From a virus: a stretch of DNA of 64,000 nucleotides. The stretch is taken from positions 32,001 through 96,000 of IMG/VR virus record IMGVR_UViG_3300050025_000126. One strand, 5' to 3'. Under the pieces are notes generated by a model. It saw nothing but the letters and a program-made list of their open reading frames with translations, did not search any database and was not told the DNA's origin. Below, piece by piece: positions 38,214 through 47,959 of this stretch (positions are counted from its first letter, which is position 1; each line of letters opens with the position of its first letter). Both the position numbers and the translations under genes were made by a program.

Positions 38214-39593
38214 ATGCCCAGTCTAGACATCCCCGCCCAATCATTTTCAGTAACAGCAGTTGCTTACGGAGACCTTACTGTAGCTGCCAACCCTGGGTAC
38301 AATGTCAACAATTTGTACAGCGGTTTGATCGGCTACATTGTAGGCCCTGGAGGAACTCCCGCTTCACAACGCATTGTGATAGAAGCCGTTGTGTCGACTG
38401 GCGTTATTAGATGTCGCGTTGCTCCATTTGAAGGAGTTGGAGGGGCTGGTACATCTTTTAACTTCGCTGCTTATAACGGGGGCAACCTTACATTTGAAGC
38501 TCAATTAGCTACCGTTGCTTCTTTGTATTTAGACGCCGGTCAAATTGCTGGCGGCGATTTAGGTGGTTCTTTCCCTAATCCAAGTGTAGTTAGTGGGGCG
38601 AATATTGTTGCTTCTACTTTGCCTATAGCCACCCCCCTCCAGCCGGGGGCGATGAGCGCCGCCGACAAAGCCAAGGTGGACAACGTCCCCGCCAACACGA
38701 ACGCATCGCTGGCTCTCCAGGCTGATGACTATTTCGTCGGAACGGCAGGGGCGGGCGACCTTGCGGCCAATAAGCTGTGCTACTACGCCGCTGCATCGTC
38801 CACGTTGCTCTACGCCAAGGCTGACGCCATTGCGACGGCTCGTAAGATCATGGGTGCCACCACCGTGGCCGTCACCGCTGGCCAGCAAGCGACGCTCATT
38901 CGACTGCGCCAGGCTCGAATCACCGTGGCCGCTGGATGTGCCCCTGTCATTGGTGCACCCGCTTACTTATCGGGAGCAACCGCTGGCTGCGTGTATCACG
39001 CCATCTCGGGCACGATCTATCCGCGCAAGGTCGGGACATTCTTGGAGGGCGCAGCGGACGGCAGCAGCACGGTACTGGTGCAGCTTTCGCTTGACGACGA
39101 ACGCGACGACGAACGCCTGTGGGTTATCGCCAACGACACGCTGGCCGCCGCTGCGTCGTCCATCTCCTACGCCACCACCCGCGCACTCTGGCGGGAACTT
39201 CGCATTGACTGCGACCTCGTCGGCATCGCGCCGGGAGCCGCATCGACAGACATCACCTACCCGTCCGACATGGCCAGGGGAGCTCTCGTTCTCATCGGTG
39301 ATGGACCGATCACCTCGTACAGTTCCGGGAAGATCAACTACATGCGCGTCTACAACACCGGGGCGGGCAAGAAAAACATGCTCAAGATGGTCGACACGTG
39401 GCTGTCTGGGACCATGTGGGACACCAACGCCGAATCGTGGGCGAACAGGGCAGCTCAGAGCGCTTTGGGCTGGTGCACGTCCAAGGGGGCGAAGGATGCA
39501 CCAGCCGACGCCATGGCGTTGTCAACGTCTGGAGACCTGGCATTTCAGATCGGGACCACCGTGCGAATCAGCGGGAAGGTCAGGCTGCCGTAG
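38214..39593 (+). CDS. tail fibre protein (chimeric)
   Basis: AGGDLGGSFPNPSV and GAMSAADKAKVD fibre motifs; GC content jumps mid-gene. Confidence 0.7.
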   Translation: MPSLDIPAQSFSVTAVAYGDLTVAANPGYNVNNLYSGLIGYIVGPGGTPASQRIVIEAVVSTGVIRCRVAPFEGVGGAGTSFNFAAYNGGNLTFEAQLATVASLYLDAGQIAGGDLGGSFPNPSVVSGANIVASTLPIATPLQPGAMSAADKAKVDNVPANTNASLALQADDYFVGTAGAGDLAANKLCYYAAASSTLLYAKADAIATARKIMGATTVAVTAGQQATLIRLRQARITVAAGCAPVIGAPAYLSGATAGCVYHAISGTIYPRKVGTFLEGAADGSSTVLVQLSLDDERDDERLWVIANDTLAAAASSISYATTRALWRELRIDCDLVGIAPGAASTDITYPSDMARGALVLIGDGPITSYSSGKINYMRVYNTGAGKKNMLKMVDTWLSGTMWDTNAESWANRAAQSALGWCTSKGAKDAPADAMALSTSGDLAFQIGTTVRISGKVRLP

Positions 39594-41029
39594 TGGCTAT
39601 CACCTATCTGCAAGTCAGCGGCCAGACGTTCCAGTTCAATGCTGACGCGGGAATGGTACCTGCTGCGCTGATGGCGGCGAGTGCAACCACGGATAGGGTC
39701 GCAGACCTGGAAAACTTCGGATTGCAAGGTGGGAACCACGATGACACAGGGGCATTTTCCGATGCCCTGACCAAGCTCGGGGCGGGCGGGACTATTAGAA
39801 TACCCACAGGCGACTTTCAGATCGGCCCGCTCGCCATTCCCGCGTCGACGCAAAGCCTGTGCATCGAAGGTGTCCAGGGCTCCTACGCTCCGTCAGGAAT
39901 CGGCTCGCGCATCGTGGCCGGTGGGTCAGGGGCCAGTCTTCTAAGTGTCATCGCCAGCACCACTAAGCTCACCCTGCGAAACGTGGCGCTTGACGGGATG
40001 GCACGCACTGATGATGTAGTGCTGTTTCTTCAGCAGGGCGGACAGATCATCGACTTTATTCTCCTGGATGGAGTCGACTTCCACAACGTCAAGGCAGGAG
40101 GCTCGTTCATCAAGAGTTGGGCTGACGACTTCGTGGGCGGCGAAAACGCCCTGGTGGTGATGCGTGGATGCACGTTCAACCTAAATGGTTCCGTGTCTCC
40201 GTCGTCGAAGGGAAGCGCTCTGAAGTTACGCAACTACGGCGCCTGGGGATGGCTCGCAGAGAAGTGTAATTTCTTTGGAGGCTCGGGGGACGAAGGCTCC
40301 GTGGTGTTGGAATCCGGAGAGCTGACCATCCGCGATGCTGAATTTGAAAACAACTCAGTCCACGACATCGTTATCTATGGCGCTTCCAGGTTTCACGGGG
40401 ACAACATCCATTCGCAGTCCCCCGCCCCCGTGCTGGATATTCTTCCTCCGCTCGACGGGTCCGATACTTCATTGCTTTGGTTCCGCGACGGGGTGACGGT
40501 CGACAATCTCCAGCACCGAACCACCGCCACGCCTCCTGCCTGCAGCGTGCGGGACACCGGCAACTTGCCGCTGCGCCTGCGCAATGTGAACGGATACGGC
40601 GTTCAGATGGAATTCTCTGGTAACAAGGTTTTCGAGGTTGATGGCAACCACGGGGGACTAGTCACGCTCAATGGCGTGGATACCGTCGCCTCAATGGTTC
40701 GCTCTCAAATCATGGGCGATGATGGGCAGGACATCCAGCGGCTCTATTCACGTGACGGAGGCGCCTTCTGGGGAGTCGGATACACTCCCGCCACGGGGGA
40801 GGTCGGCGTGCAGTCGTATCGGTCGGGAATCGGATACCAGAACATGTCATACTCGGCGAGCTTGCATCGCTTCCTCTTTGGCCCCGTAGAGCTCGGGAAA
40901 ATTACCAGCCTGGGAACTCCGCCAGCAGGCGCCCTTCGCTTTGGGTGCCTCGACAACGGGTCCGGGAAGATGCAGCTCGTGGTGCAGTTTCCTACAGGCG
41001 CCATCCAAGTGTTAGGGACCGAGCCATGA
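39593..41029 (+). CDS. tailspike/depolymerase with pectate-lyase-like beta-helix
   Basis: FGLQGG.HDDTGAF..AL.....GGTIRIPTG.F Pectate_lyase_3-type start; GTG overlaps the upstream TAG. Confidence 0.75.
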   Translation: MAITYLQVSGQTFQFNADAGMVPAALMAASATTDRVADLENFGLQGGNHDDTGAFSDALTKLGAGGTIRIPTGDFQIGPLAIPASTQSLCIEGVQGSYAPSGIGSRIVAGGSGASLLSVIASTTKLTLRNVALDGMARTDDVVLFLQQGGQIIDFILLDGVDFHNVKAGGSFIKSWADDFVGGENALVVMRGCTFNLNGSVSPSSKGSALKLRNYGAWGWLAEKCNFFGGSGDEGSVVLESGELTIRDAEFENNSVHDIVIYGASRFHGDNIHSQSPAPVLDILPPLDGSDTSLLWFRDGVTVDNLQHRTTATPPACSVRDTGNLPLRLRNVNGYGVQMEFSGNKVFEVDGNHGGLVTLNGVDTVASMVRSQIMGDDGQDIQRLYSRDGGAFWGVGYTPATGEVGVQSYRSGIGYQNMSYSASLHRFLFGPVELGKITSLGTPPAGALRFGCLDNGSGKMQLVVQFPTGAIQVLGTEP

Positions 41030-41130
41030 CCACCGACGAGCGCGAGGCGACGAACGAGGAGTAGACCGCGATGATCGATAAGACCAGGGATGTCACCGAC
41101 ACCGACGAAAGACTAGAGTAGTACCCAATA

Positions 41131-41988
41131 TTATAGTAGTCCAATCAAGCTAAAGCATTCGTACTCAAGTAGTTTAGCTTTCAAATTAGAAAAATCTCCG
41201 CTTACTTTTACCACCGATTCCTGTTTGAAATCGAGTTGGGGTAGAACAACCTCGTAGTTCTTTTGTACTCTAGATTTCTCCAACTGTAATTTGTCCCAAT
41301 TCTTCAAGCTAACGCACTGAGGCTTAATAGGCCCCATAGTCTGATAAAAGGCTTCAGGCGTATCTACATTCAAAGCGTTTAAAAAAGGTTCTACCTGTTT
41401 CTTTGTTAATCTCTCTACCCCCTTGATCCCGTCTGAAGCATCACCAAACAGCGCCTTAGCGAGGTAGATGCGTCCTGGATTGTTTACTAGGTGATAGGCC
41501 TCATAAATATCTGAATCCTCCACAAATCGCTTTAGATTAGGCGAGAACACCTTTACATTGGGGAACTGTAGAAGGCTCCATAGGTCACGGTCGCCAGTTA
41601 GAATAACGCACGGCTTTCCTTGACGCATCTTGACAGCATATGCCATTGCATCATCTCCTTCCTTGCTGTCTTCCAAGAGATGTAATCCAGGCCATAACCT
41701 CAATACCTCGCAAACCTCGGGTAATGGGTCTATGTCTCTAGGAATTCTATTTGCCTTGTAAGTGGGAACAATTGTCCTTCTGAAGTCTTTAGCATTCTTG
41801 CCATCATAGCAAAAACACATAACTACGTTTTGACCAGCCATCTCATTACGCAAGAATGCTAACAGACTAGCAACCGCTCCAAACACATGCCCGCTAAATC
41901 TTCCTTGAGAGGTAGTTAGATTACGATTGGCGTATGCACTTCTGTAGGCAGCGTTACTTACGTCAATTATTAGAAACGTGTTAGGCAT
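41131..41988 (-). CDS. 5'-3' exonuclease (PolI-N/T4 RNase H-like)
   Basis: LIID.SN..YR, YKANR, EGDD, TGDRDL, ALFGD.SD.I.GV. Confidence 0.9.
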   Translation of the reverse strand: MPNTFLIIDVSNAAYRSAYANRNLTTSQGRFSGHVFGAVASLLAFLRNEMAGQNVVMCFCYDGKNAKDFRRTIVPTYKANRIPRDIDPLPEVCEVLRLWPGLHLLEDSKEGDDAMAYAVKMRQGKPCVILTGDRDLWSLLQFPNVKVFSPNLKRFVEDSDIYEAYHLVNNPGRIYLAKALFGDASDGIKGVERLTKKQVEPFLNALNVDTPEAFYQTMGPIKPQCVSLKNWDKLQLEKSRVQKNYEVVLPQLDFKQESVVKVSGDFSNLKAKLLEYECFSLIGLL

Positions 41989-41989
41989 C

Positions 41990-43192
41990 TTATCCCTTTA
42001 ACATAATGAATTCTTGTTGCCATTCAGCCCCAGAACGAAGAGGTCCGTTCAGGGCATCCTTTTTGATCTTAGATAGGAGTTTTTTGCCCCCTCCAAAGAA
42101 TGCCGAAGCCATTTTCCCAACCTCAGCTGGTTTCATTAACCCGATTTCAAACTTCTTGTCAATCCTACCAGAGCGGATTAAGGCTGGTCGCAACTTCTCA
42201 ATGTGATTTGTCGTCATCACCAATATCCTGCCCTCAATAGAGCAAGCCCCGTCAATAGCATTTAAAACAGCTGACATTGAAACCGGCGACGTTTGATTGT
42301 CTTCTTCTTTATCGTTCTTCTTTTTGTTTTTATTAGACTTATCGGGTGGTTCTAGGACATCAGCGTCTTCAATTAGTACGATAGCGTTCCTAGGAACATT
42401 AGAAAAGGCCTGAGAAAAATTCTGTTCACTGCCGGAAGAAAAGGGGTTTAGAAGGTAGAGGGGCCTATCTAAAACCGAGGCCATGGTAATCGCCGCAGAG
42501 GTTTTTCCAGTGCCAGGAGGTCCGTAGAAAAGATACCCCATTCTGTAGGGTACACCTCTCTTTAAGTACCAACTCTCATTTTCGCAAAACCATTTAGCGT
42601 GGTCAAATATTTCTGTCTTTAATTCTTCTGGGATAAATAAACGGTCCAGGGGTCTTTTCGATCTTGTCTCTATTTCTGTCCAATATCCATAATTCCCAGT
42701 GACATACAGCCTTATCTTGTCTTTCTTGTTTTTTTCTTGTTCCTTCTCGATTTTTTCAATAATATCCAATATCTTCTTATGGCTTCTGCCAAAAACAGTG
42801 AGATAGATGGTCTCCTTTGGCCTTATTGTATAAGCCCCGCTATTTACCTTATCGTCCTGTACTCTTCTTACAAATATTGGTAAAACGTTTCCGTCCCAAA
42901 AAACATGTTCACCAAACCCAGGAGCGAGTCTAGCTGTGGCTGACCCAATAGAAAAGAACTTCAGATTTCTTGATTTCTCGGAAAAAGACTGCTGAGACAA
43001 CCAAACGTTAATTAAATCAAACGCTTTATCTTCTCCAGTTACGGCAAGCGTTATTGTTATTCTTCTCAAAAGGAAAGAATAAACTTTAATCGGCAATGAC
43101 TTAAACATGTACATTACCGCACCGGAAATCATTACGGCAATCACGCCTTCCACAACAGGATTTTTGAACAGACCAGAAAGGAATTCTATCAC
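41990..43192 (-). CDS. BCS1-like membrane-anchored AAA+ ATPase
   Basis: N-terminal TM, LAPG.G.H, WY..RG.PYR.GYL.YGPPGTGKTS, LIED.D, MTTNH...L..ALIRSGRID. Confidence 0.85.
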   Translation of the reverse strand: MIEFLSGLFKNPVVEGVIAVMISGAVMYMFKSLPIKVYSFLLRRITITLAVTGEDKAFDLINVWLSQQSFSEKSRNLKFFSIGSATARLAPGFGEHVFWDGNVLPIFVRRVQDDKVNSGAYTIRPKETIYLTVFGRSHKKILDIIEKIEKEQEKNKKDKIRLYVTGNYGYWTEIETRSKRPLDRLFIPEELKTEIFDHAKWFCENESWYLKRGVPYRMGYLFYGPPGTGKTSAAITMASVLDRPLYLLNPFSSGSEQNFSQAFSNVPRNAIVLIEDADVLEPPDKSNKNKKKNDKEEDNQTSPVSMSAVLNAIDGACSIEGRILVMTTNHIEKLRPALIRSGRIDKKFEIGLMKPAEVGKMASAFFGGGKKLLSKIKKDALNGPLRSGAEWQQEFIMLKG

Positions 43193-43602
43193 AATGACAC
43201 CACAGGTCTAAAGCCAGTTACAATTGGAACAGGGCGTTTATTAATTGCAAACGATTCATAGACCAAAGTACTAAATTGAGCAGCAGTGAAAGTAGTCCCT
43301 AAAGATGGCATGAAGATGTCTCCAATTAAAACAACAGTGGCCAGGTATGAAGGTGCGAATGGGGTTAGCAATCTAAACAACACCACGCACATATCCGAGG
43401 TAGGCTTTGACAAAATATACGTGGCATGCTTTTCAAAGAAGGCTTGTAGATGCCACCTGTTCATGTAAGGAGAATCAGCAAACATAGAGTTAAACATCAG
43501 CCTAAGCTCTTCCATCTCGTTGGAGTCAAGCTCTTCTAGGCCGGTCAACTCTTCCCAGCTATGCCTAATTATTTTTGCGGCTTTCATAAAGATTATCCAC
43601 AT
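43189..43602 (-). CDS. hypothetical protein
   Basis: Coupled ORF in a minus-strand operon. Confidence 0.5.
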   Translation of the reverse strand: MWIIFMKAAKIIRHSWEELTGLEELDSNEMEELRLMFNSMFADSPYMNRWHLQAFFEKHATYILSKPTSDMCVVLFRLLTPFAPSYLATVVLIGDIFMPSLGTTFTAAQFSTLVYESFAINKRPVPIVTGFRPVVSL

Positions 43603-43783
43603 AGGCAGAATACATCATAAGAACGAAGACGATTGGCCACACAAACGATAGTAAAACTACCGCTGCATTGTGTTGCTTCCAGTCAAGACCGTCTTTAAAA
43701 TAAGAAGTCAACCCTATCTTTAGACCGATTGCTAAACCTACAGCGTAAATGATAAGCACTCGTATCCAATAAAACTCGTCCAT
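43565..43783 (-). CDS. small membrane protein (2 TM)
   Basis: Hydrophobic helices with a WP motif; Met at 43783. Confidence 0.5.
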   Translation of the reverse strand: MDEFYWIRVLIIYAVGLAIGLKIGLTSYFKDGLDWKQHNAAVVLLSFVWPIVFVLMMYSAYVDNLYESRKNN

Positions 43784-44003
43784 CCTACTTCTTCGCTTTC
43801 TTCCTTGGTCTATAACTAGGATCGTCCCCGTTAGACAACTCAAACTCGTCTAACAGGTCACTTAGGTTCTCTGGCTTGTTACCATTAAGTTTTTCTAGCT
43901 TTTCTTTTTCGTCGAACGTTAGGTCGTCTTGCATCGGTGCTCCTTAAATCTGCCTTTATATTACCCTACTTGGATATAAAACGCAAGTAGTAATCTTAGG
44001 GAT

Positions 44004-44585
44004 ATGTATCAAGAAAATCGAGTTACAACAAAAGAATTCGGGTCACTGGCTACTAGCTCTGACCTGTTAGTAAACGTTCCTACAGCTCCTGGACACCCCC
44101 AACAACGCCTACATGTAGTTGCCGCTAAACTATTGGTTCCCATGTCTGAAGCCGTACAGAGAGACCTGGGCTTTCCTCTACTGGTAGCCTCAGGTTGGCG
44201 CCCTCATCGTTGGGCGTCTAGAGAACAGTATGAACAGGTTCTGATTCAAAAATATGGAAGCGTAGCTAAAGGTAGATTATATTTGGCTTTTGACTCACCA
44301 CATGAAACGGGCCTAGCAATGGATCTAGGTTGTGGCGGACTTGAACCAGTTTCAGCAACAATTGAGAAGCAAAAATCAACCCCTCTGTTTAAATGGCTTG
44401 TTGAAAACGCTTATAAATACAATTTCACTCCATACCGCGTTGAGTCATGGCACTGGGAATGTCGGATTAGCTTAAACGCATACGATTCTGGAGTAGCAGA
44501 CAACACCACTCCAGAACCCGTAACTACTTGTATGGACCCAAATGACGTTTGTATCGAAACGGTTACAGCCCCGCTAATGCCCTAG
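44004..44585 (+). CDS. M15 (VanY-like D,D-carboxypeptidase/L-Ala-D-Glu peptidase) putative endolysin
   Basis: SGWR, SPHETGLAMD, ESWHWE; AATCTT 6 nt before ATG. Confidence 0.85.
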   Translation: MYQENRVTTKEFGSLATSSDLLVNVPTAPGHPQQRLHVVAAKLLVPMSEAVQRDLGFPLLVASGWRPHRWASREQYEQVLIQKYGSVAKGRLYLAFDSPHETGLAMDLGCGGLEPVSATIEKQKSTPLFKWLVENAYKYNFTPYRVESWHWECRISLNAYDSGVADNTTPEPVTTCMDPNDVCIETVTAPLMP

Positions 44586-46017
44586 CTCTAATTACGTCAA
44601 ATCCTTCTTCGTAGACAAACTTACCGTCTACCCAAACCGGTTGCAAAACGCTTAGGGCTTCTTGTTCTGGTGTTGCCTGGCTTATTAGTTCAAGCTTACC
44701 GTTTGCATTAGGAATCACGGCTAGGCGACCTTTAGCAGAATTCTTCATGCCGTTATCTGTAATTGGCTTCTTGAAAATGTCGTAGCCTTTGCCATCGATC
44801 TGAACCCAGGTAGCCTTCATGGCGAAACCAAAGGTGTCTCGCGTCACGTATTGATATGTGAAGCTGCCGATACCAAAGACCATATTGCCAGAAGCAAAGC
44901 CTTTCTTGGCCAAACCGTTGCAAATTGCCTCACAGCGCTCAAACGTAATAGAGTCGCCGTAGATGCATCCGATGTGCTGGTCAAGTAGTCGGTGCCCGGT
45001 ATTAGTTTCCGTGCCTCCAAAGACGTCCCAGAGGCATTCCACGACGCCTTTATAGGCAGGGCTGCCAACGGCTGCGTCTGGGTCGCCACAGATAATCTTT
45101 ACAGGGTCTCCGCTATCTGGCCGAATGACCACTTTGCCATAACGCGCCATAATCCTAGTCTTAAGGGCTGGCAGAATCTTGGTGAGAACGGCCCAAAGGT
45201 CCCAAGTATCTGACACAATGCTTACAATGCCAGCAGGGTAGAGGTCAAGAAGACGTTCAAAGGTCTGCTGTTCGGACATTTCGCCACCAGCACACATGAC
45301 GCTGTGTTCGGTTGCCGCAACGCTTCCACCAATAAAATAATCTGAAGGTGGAGTATAGTAATCCTCAACAAAATCCAAGGCCGGAACCGTATCTGTACCG
45401 ATAAAATACAACAAGTGCCCCGCTCCAGACGACGCAGCCGCTTCAGGACAGCCCATACCACGGAAGCTAAAATCATGTCCCTGCCAGCCGACAAACCCAT
45501 CGGGGCTACCAGTTAGCTTGGCCTTCTCATTCAAAAGCTTGCGCATCCTAGAAGCAGTAGTAGCAGATGTACAAGGCATCCATAGGACGCAAGACATAAT
45601 TGTCTCAAAGTAGTTGACCAACCAGGCAAAATCTTTGTGGGTGTTTTCAACTGTCAGCATCGGGCAGCGAAGGGGGACCTTAGAACCCTCCTTGACGGCA
45701 GAAAACTTGAGAGGCAGGTAACCTAAATTGTGTAGTTCGCGAATGTGGTCTGAGCCAATTTGGTTTGGGCCAAGATAGCCATTGACACGCTTGGTATATC
45801 GGTCGCAGACTTCATCAACGTTAGAGGTAAAGAACTTGTTCCACTCTGCCATCATGTACTTCTTGAGGAAGAACTGGAGGCCGAAGAAAACAACCTCGTC
45901 CTGGGCAGCGATACGGGACATCCTGGGGGTCCAGTTGCTGTATACAAATTCCGTACATGTAGGATATTGACGCCTATGGTCAAATTTGTATCCGTCAATC
46001 ATAGTTTCTGGCTTCAT
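44563..46017 (-). CDS. nicotinamide phosphoribosyltransferase-like (probable Namat of NARP1)
   Basis: DGYK..H..QYP, HDFSFRG, ATEHSVM, SIVSDTWD, VIRPDSGDP, IYGDSIT. Confidence 0.9.
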   Translation of the reverse strand: MKPETMIDGYKFDHRRQYPTCTEFVYSNWTPRMSRIAAQDEVVFFGLQFFLKKYMMAEWNKFFTSNVDEVCDRYTKRVNGYLGPNQIGSDHIRELHNLGYLPLKFSAVKEGSKVPLRCPMLTVENTHKDFAWLVNYFETIMSCVLWMPCTSATTASRMRKLLNEKAKLTGSPDGFVGWQGHDFSFRGMGCPEAAASSGAGHLLYFIGTDTVPALDFVEDYYTPPSDYFIGGSVAATEHSVMCAGGEMSEQQTFERLLDLYPAGIVSIVSDTWDLWAVLTKILPALKTRIMARYGKVVIRPDSGDPVKIICGDPDAAVGSPAYKGVVECLWDVFGGTETNTGHRLLDQHIGCIYGDSITFERCEAICNGLAKKGFASGNMVFGIGSFTYQYVTRDTFGFAMKATWVQIDGKGYDIFKKPITDNGMKNSAKGRLAVIPNANGKLELISQATPEQEALSVLQPVWVDGKFVYEEGFDVIRARALAGL

Positions 46018-46886
46018 TAGTAATTACCTTTCATCAATTGTTCACAAATTTCAATAACTTTTACACCTGGAATGTCTTCTGGCCGATTTACAATCGAATC
46101 AGTAGTATATACGTTTTCAAACCGCTTAGTCAAGGCTTTCGTTCCTTGGCTGAAAATACCGTGAGTTACAAAAAGGTCCGCATTAATATTGCTCTCTGCT
46201 AACTTATCACCGAGGCCTAGAAAGGTTCCTCCACCGTCGCAAATATCATCCACAATCAAAACCTTGTCTGTAGGGGCAAATGGTTCATGACCAAATCCTG
46301 TAATTTTGCCGTCTTTGACATCTCTAGACTTCCAGGCGTGGATAAGAGGAACCTTCATAGCCTTAGCAAACATCCCAGCACGCTTTTCAGCTCCTGCGTC
46401 TGGGCTAACTACCGCGCAATACTTTGGTTGGTAAAAATATCCAGAAAGGTGAAAAGCTATGTCGCTATGGACGACTTCGCAATTATTGATAAGGCCTGCA
46501 ATTACCTCAGAGTGTGGGTCCAGGACGATAACCTTCCTAAACTGACGCTCATTAATCATATTAGCTACAGACTTAGCTGTAAACAAGAAGTCTCCTGTAT
46601 TGTTCAAACGGTCTTGTCGTGCTCCTGGAACCGAGGGAAGGACGAGTGTTGGCAGGTCGTATCCACGCCACTTAAAGGCATCTACAAAAAACAATGCAGC
46701 AAGTAAATCTGTCATTGTAAGAGGCCTTACGAGGATAGATTTAAGGCTACCTTCAAATGGCCGAGCCTGACCCATAACGTAATACTTTGGGTGTTGTACA
46801 ATAGGAACATTGTCAGGATAGACGTTGTTGTCGATCTCGATAATTTGATTGGTGTTTGTTAGAGCGTGGATTCTTACGTTTTTCAT
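46017..46886 (-). CDS. ribose-phosphate pyrophosphokinase-like (probable Adps of NARP1)
   Basis: PGARQDR, LDPHS, VSPDAGA.KR, LIVDDICDGGGTF. Confidence 0.9.
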   Translation of the reverse strand: MKNVRIHALTNTNQIIEIDNNVYPDNVPIVQHPKYYVMGQARPFEGSLKSILVRPLTMTDLLAALFFVDAFKWRGYDLPTLVLPSVPGARQDRLNNTGDFLFTAKSVANMINERQFRKVIVLDPHSEVIAGLINNCEVVHSDIAFHLSGYFYQPKYCAVVSPDAGAEKRAGMFAKAMKVPLIHAWKSRDVKDGKITGFGHEPFAPTDKVLIVDDICDGGGTFLGLGDKLAESNINADLFVTHGIFSQGTKALTKRFENVYTTDSIVNRPEDIPGVKVIEICEQLMKGNY

Positions 46887-46900
46887 GGACGTACTCTACC

Positions 46901-47197
46901 TTATTTCTTGTCTTTTGGCAAGTCTTTTATTCGATAGGTTGCCGGTTTGTCATTACTGTAAATCTGAACTAGAAGCGGGGTATTGGGGCGGTCGTGTCCC
47001 TCATGATCCTGGCAAATCTTATTCCAAATCCTTACCGCTTCATAAAGAGTTCTTGCCTTCGATTGCCACGAGAAGGTACATTTAGGATTGGAGCAAAAGA
47101 TAAGAATAGTTCCCTTGCCATCAATTCTAATTCCCCAGCCGCAAGTACACTTCGGGCAGTTAGAGGGCTCATTCCATTCGACAAGTTTAGTCGGCAT
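46901..47197 (-). CDS. Lar-like zinc-finger protein
   Basis: CPKC...I.CSNPKC...EAV..WN pattern. Confidence 0.45.
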   Translation of the reverse strand: MPTKLVEWNEPSNCPKCTCGWGIRIDGKGTILIFCSNPKCTFSWQSKARTLYEAVRIWNKICQDHEGHDRPNTPLLVQIYSNDKPATYRIKDLPKDKK

Positions 47198-47285
47198 ACT
47201 TCTTTAACATTTTTCTCATTGCTTGAATATCTTTCAATAGGCGGTATTGCCATACGTTTAGGTTGACCTTGCTGTCCATGATCAC

Positions 47286-47324
47286 ATTATAGTATTTTAG
47301 ATACAAATAGTCAACAACAATCTT
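47286..47324. promoter_or_regulatory. bidirectional promoter junction (GTCAACAACAATCTT)
   Basis: Minus TTGACT-17-TATAAT; plus AATCTT 6 nt before ATG 47331. Confidence 0.7.
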
Positions 47325-47330
47325 ACAGCT

Positions 47331-47957
47331 ATGAATGAAATTGCCCCCATAGAAGGTCTATATCAAGTTTTGTTAAAGTGGTGCCCCAAATGTAAACTAG
47401 AAAAACCTGTTGATATGTTTGGTAAAAGCCGAAGGACAAAAGACGGATTACGCTGGTGTTGTAAATTGTGTAATAACATATCTTCGATAGCGTACAACGA
47501 AGCTCACCCGGACCAGATAATCGCGAGTAAAAAATTGTGGCGTGAAAACAACAAAGATCGAATTCTAGCCAAATCAAGATTATGGCGCCATGCTAATAAG
47601 CCAAAGATAAACGCAAGAGAAAAAAACCGAAGACTGACAGACCCACAACATAAACTGTCGAGCAACCTAAGATGTAGGGTTAACGCAGCTATTAAAAGTG
47701 GTCGCAAGGCTGGCTCTGCTGTAAGAGATTGTGGATGCTCTATGGAGTTTCTGAAAGCTTATTTGGAGGCCAAATTTCAGCCAGGCATGAGTTGGGGCAA
47801 TTGGGGACGCAAGGGTTGGCATATCGATCACATCACCCCGTTAGACGCCTTTGACCTTACCAATCGTGAACAATTTTTAACAGCAAACCACTACACCAAT
47901 CTTCAACCTTTGTGGTGGCAAGATAATTTATCAAAACATAATTCGATTAATTTATGA
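47331..47957 (+). CDS. HNH homing endonuclease
   Basis: Zn ribbon CPKC...CKLC; WHIDHITPL..FDL....HYTNLQPLW..DNL.K. Confidence 0.85.
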   Translation: MNEIAPIEGLYQVLLKWCPKCKLEKPVDMFGKSRRTKDGLRWCCKLCNNISSIAYNEAHPDQIIASKKLWRENNKDRILAKSRLWRHANKPKINAREKNRRLTDPQHKLSSNLRCRVNAAIKSGRKAGSAVRDCGCSMEFLKAYLEAKFQPGMSWGNWGRKGWHIDHITPLDAFDLTNREQFLTANHYTNLQPLWWQDNLSKHNSINL

Positions 47958-47959
47958 CT

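Noticed and set aside
38559-41004. Long alternative-frame ORFs (e.g. 38725..39645, the 5' extension from 39398, antisense ORFs)
   Set aside because: These are expected shadows of high-GC sequence overlapping better-supported fibre/tailspike genes.
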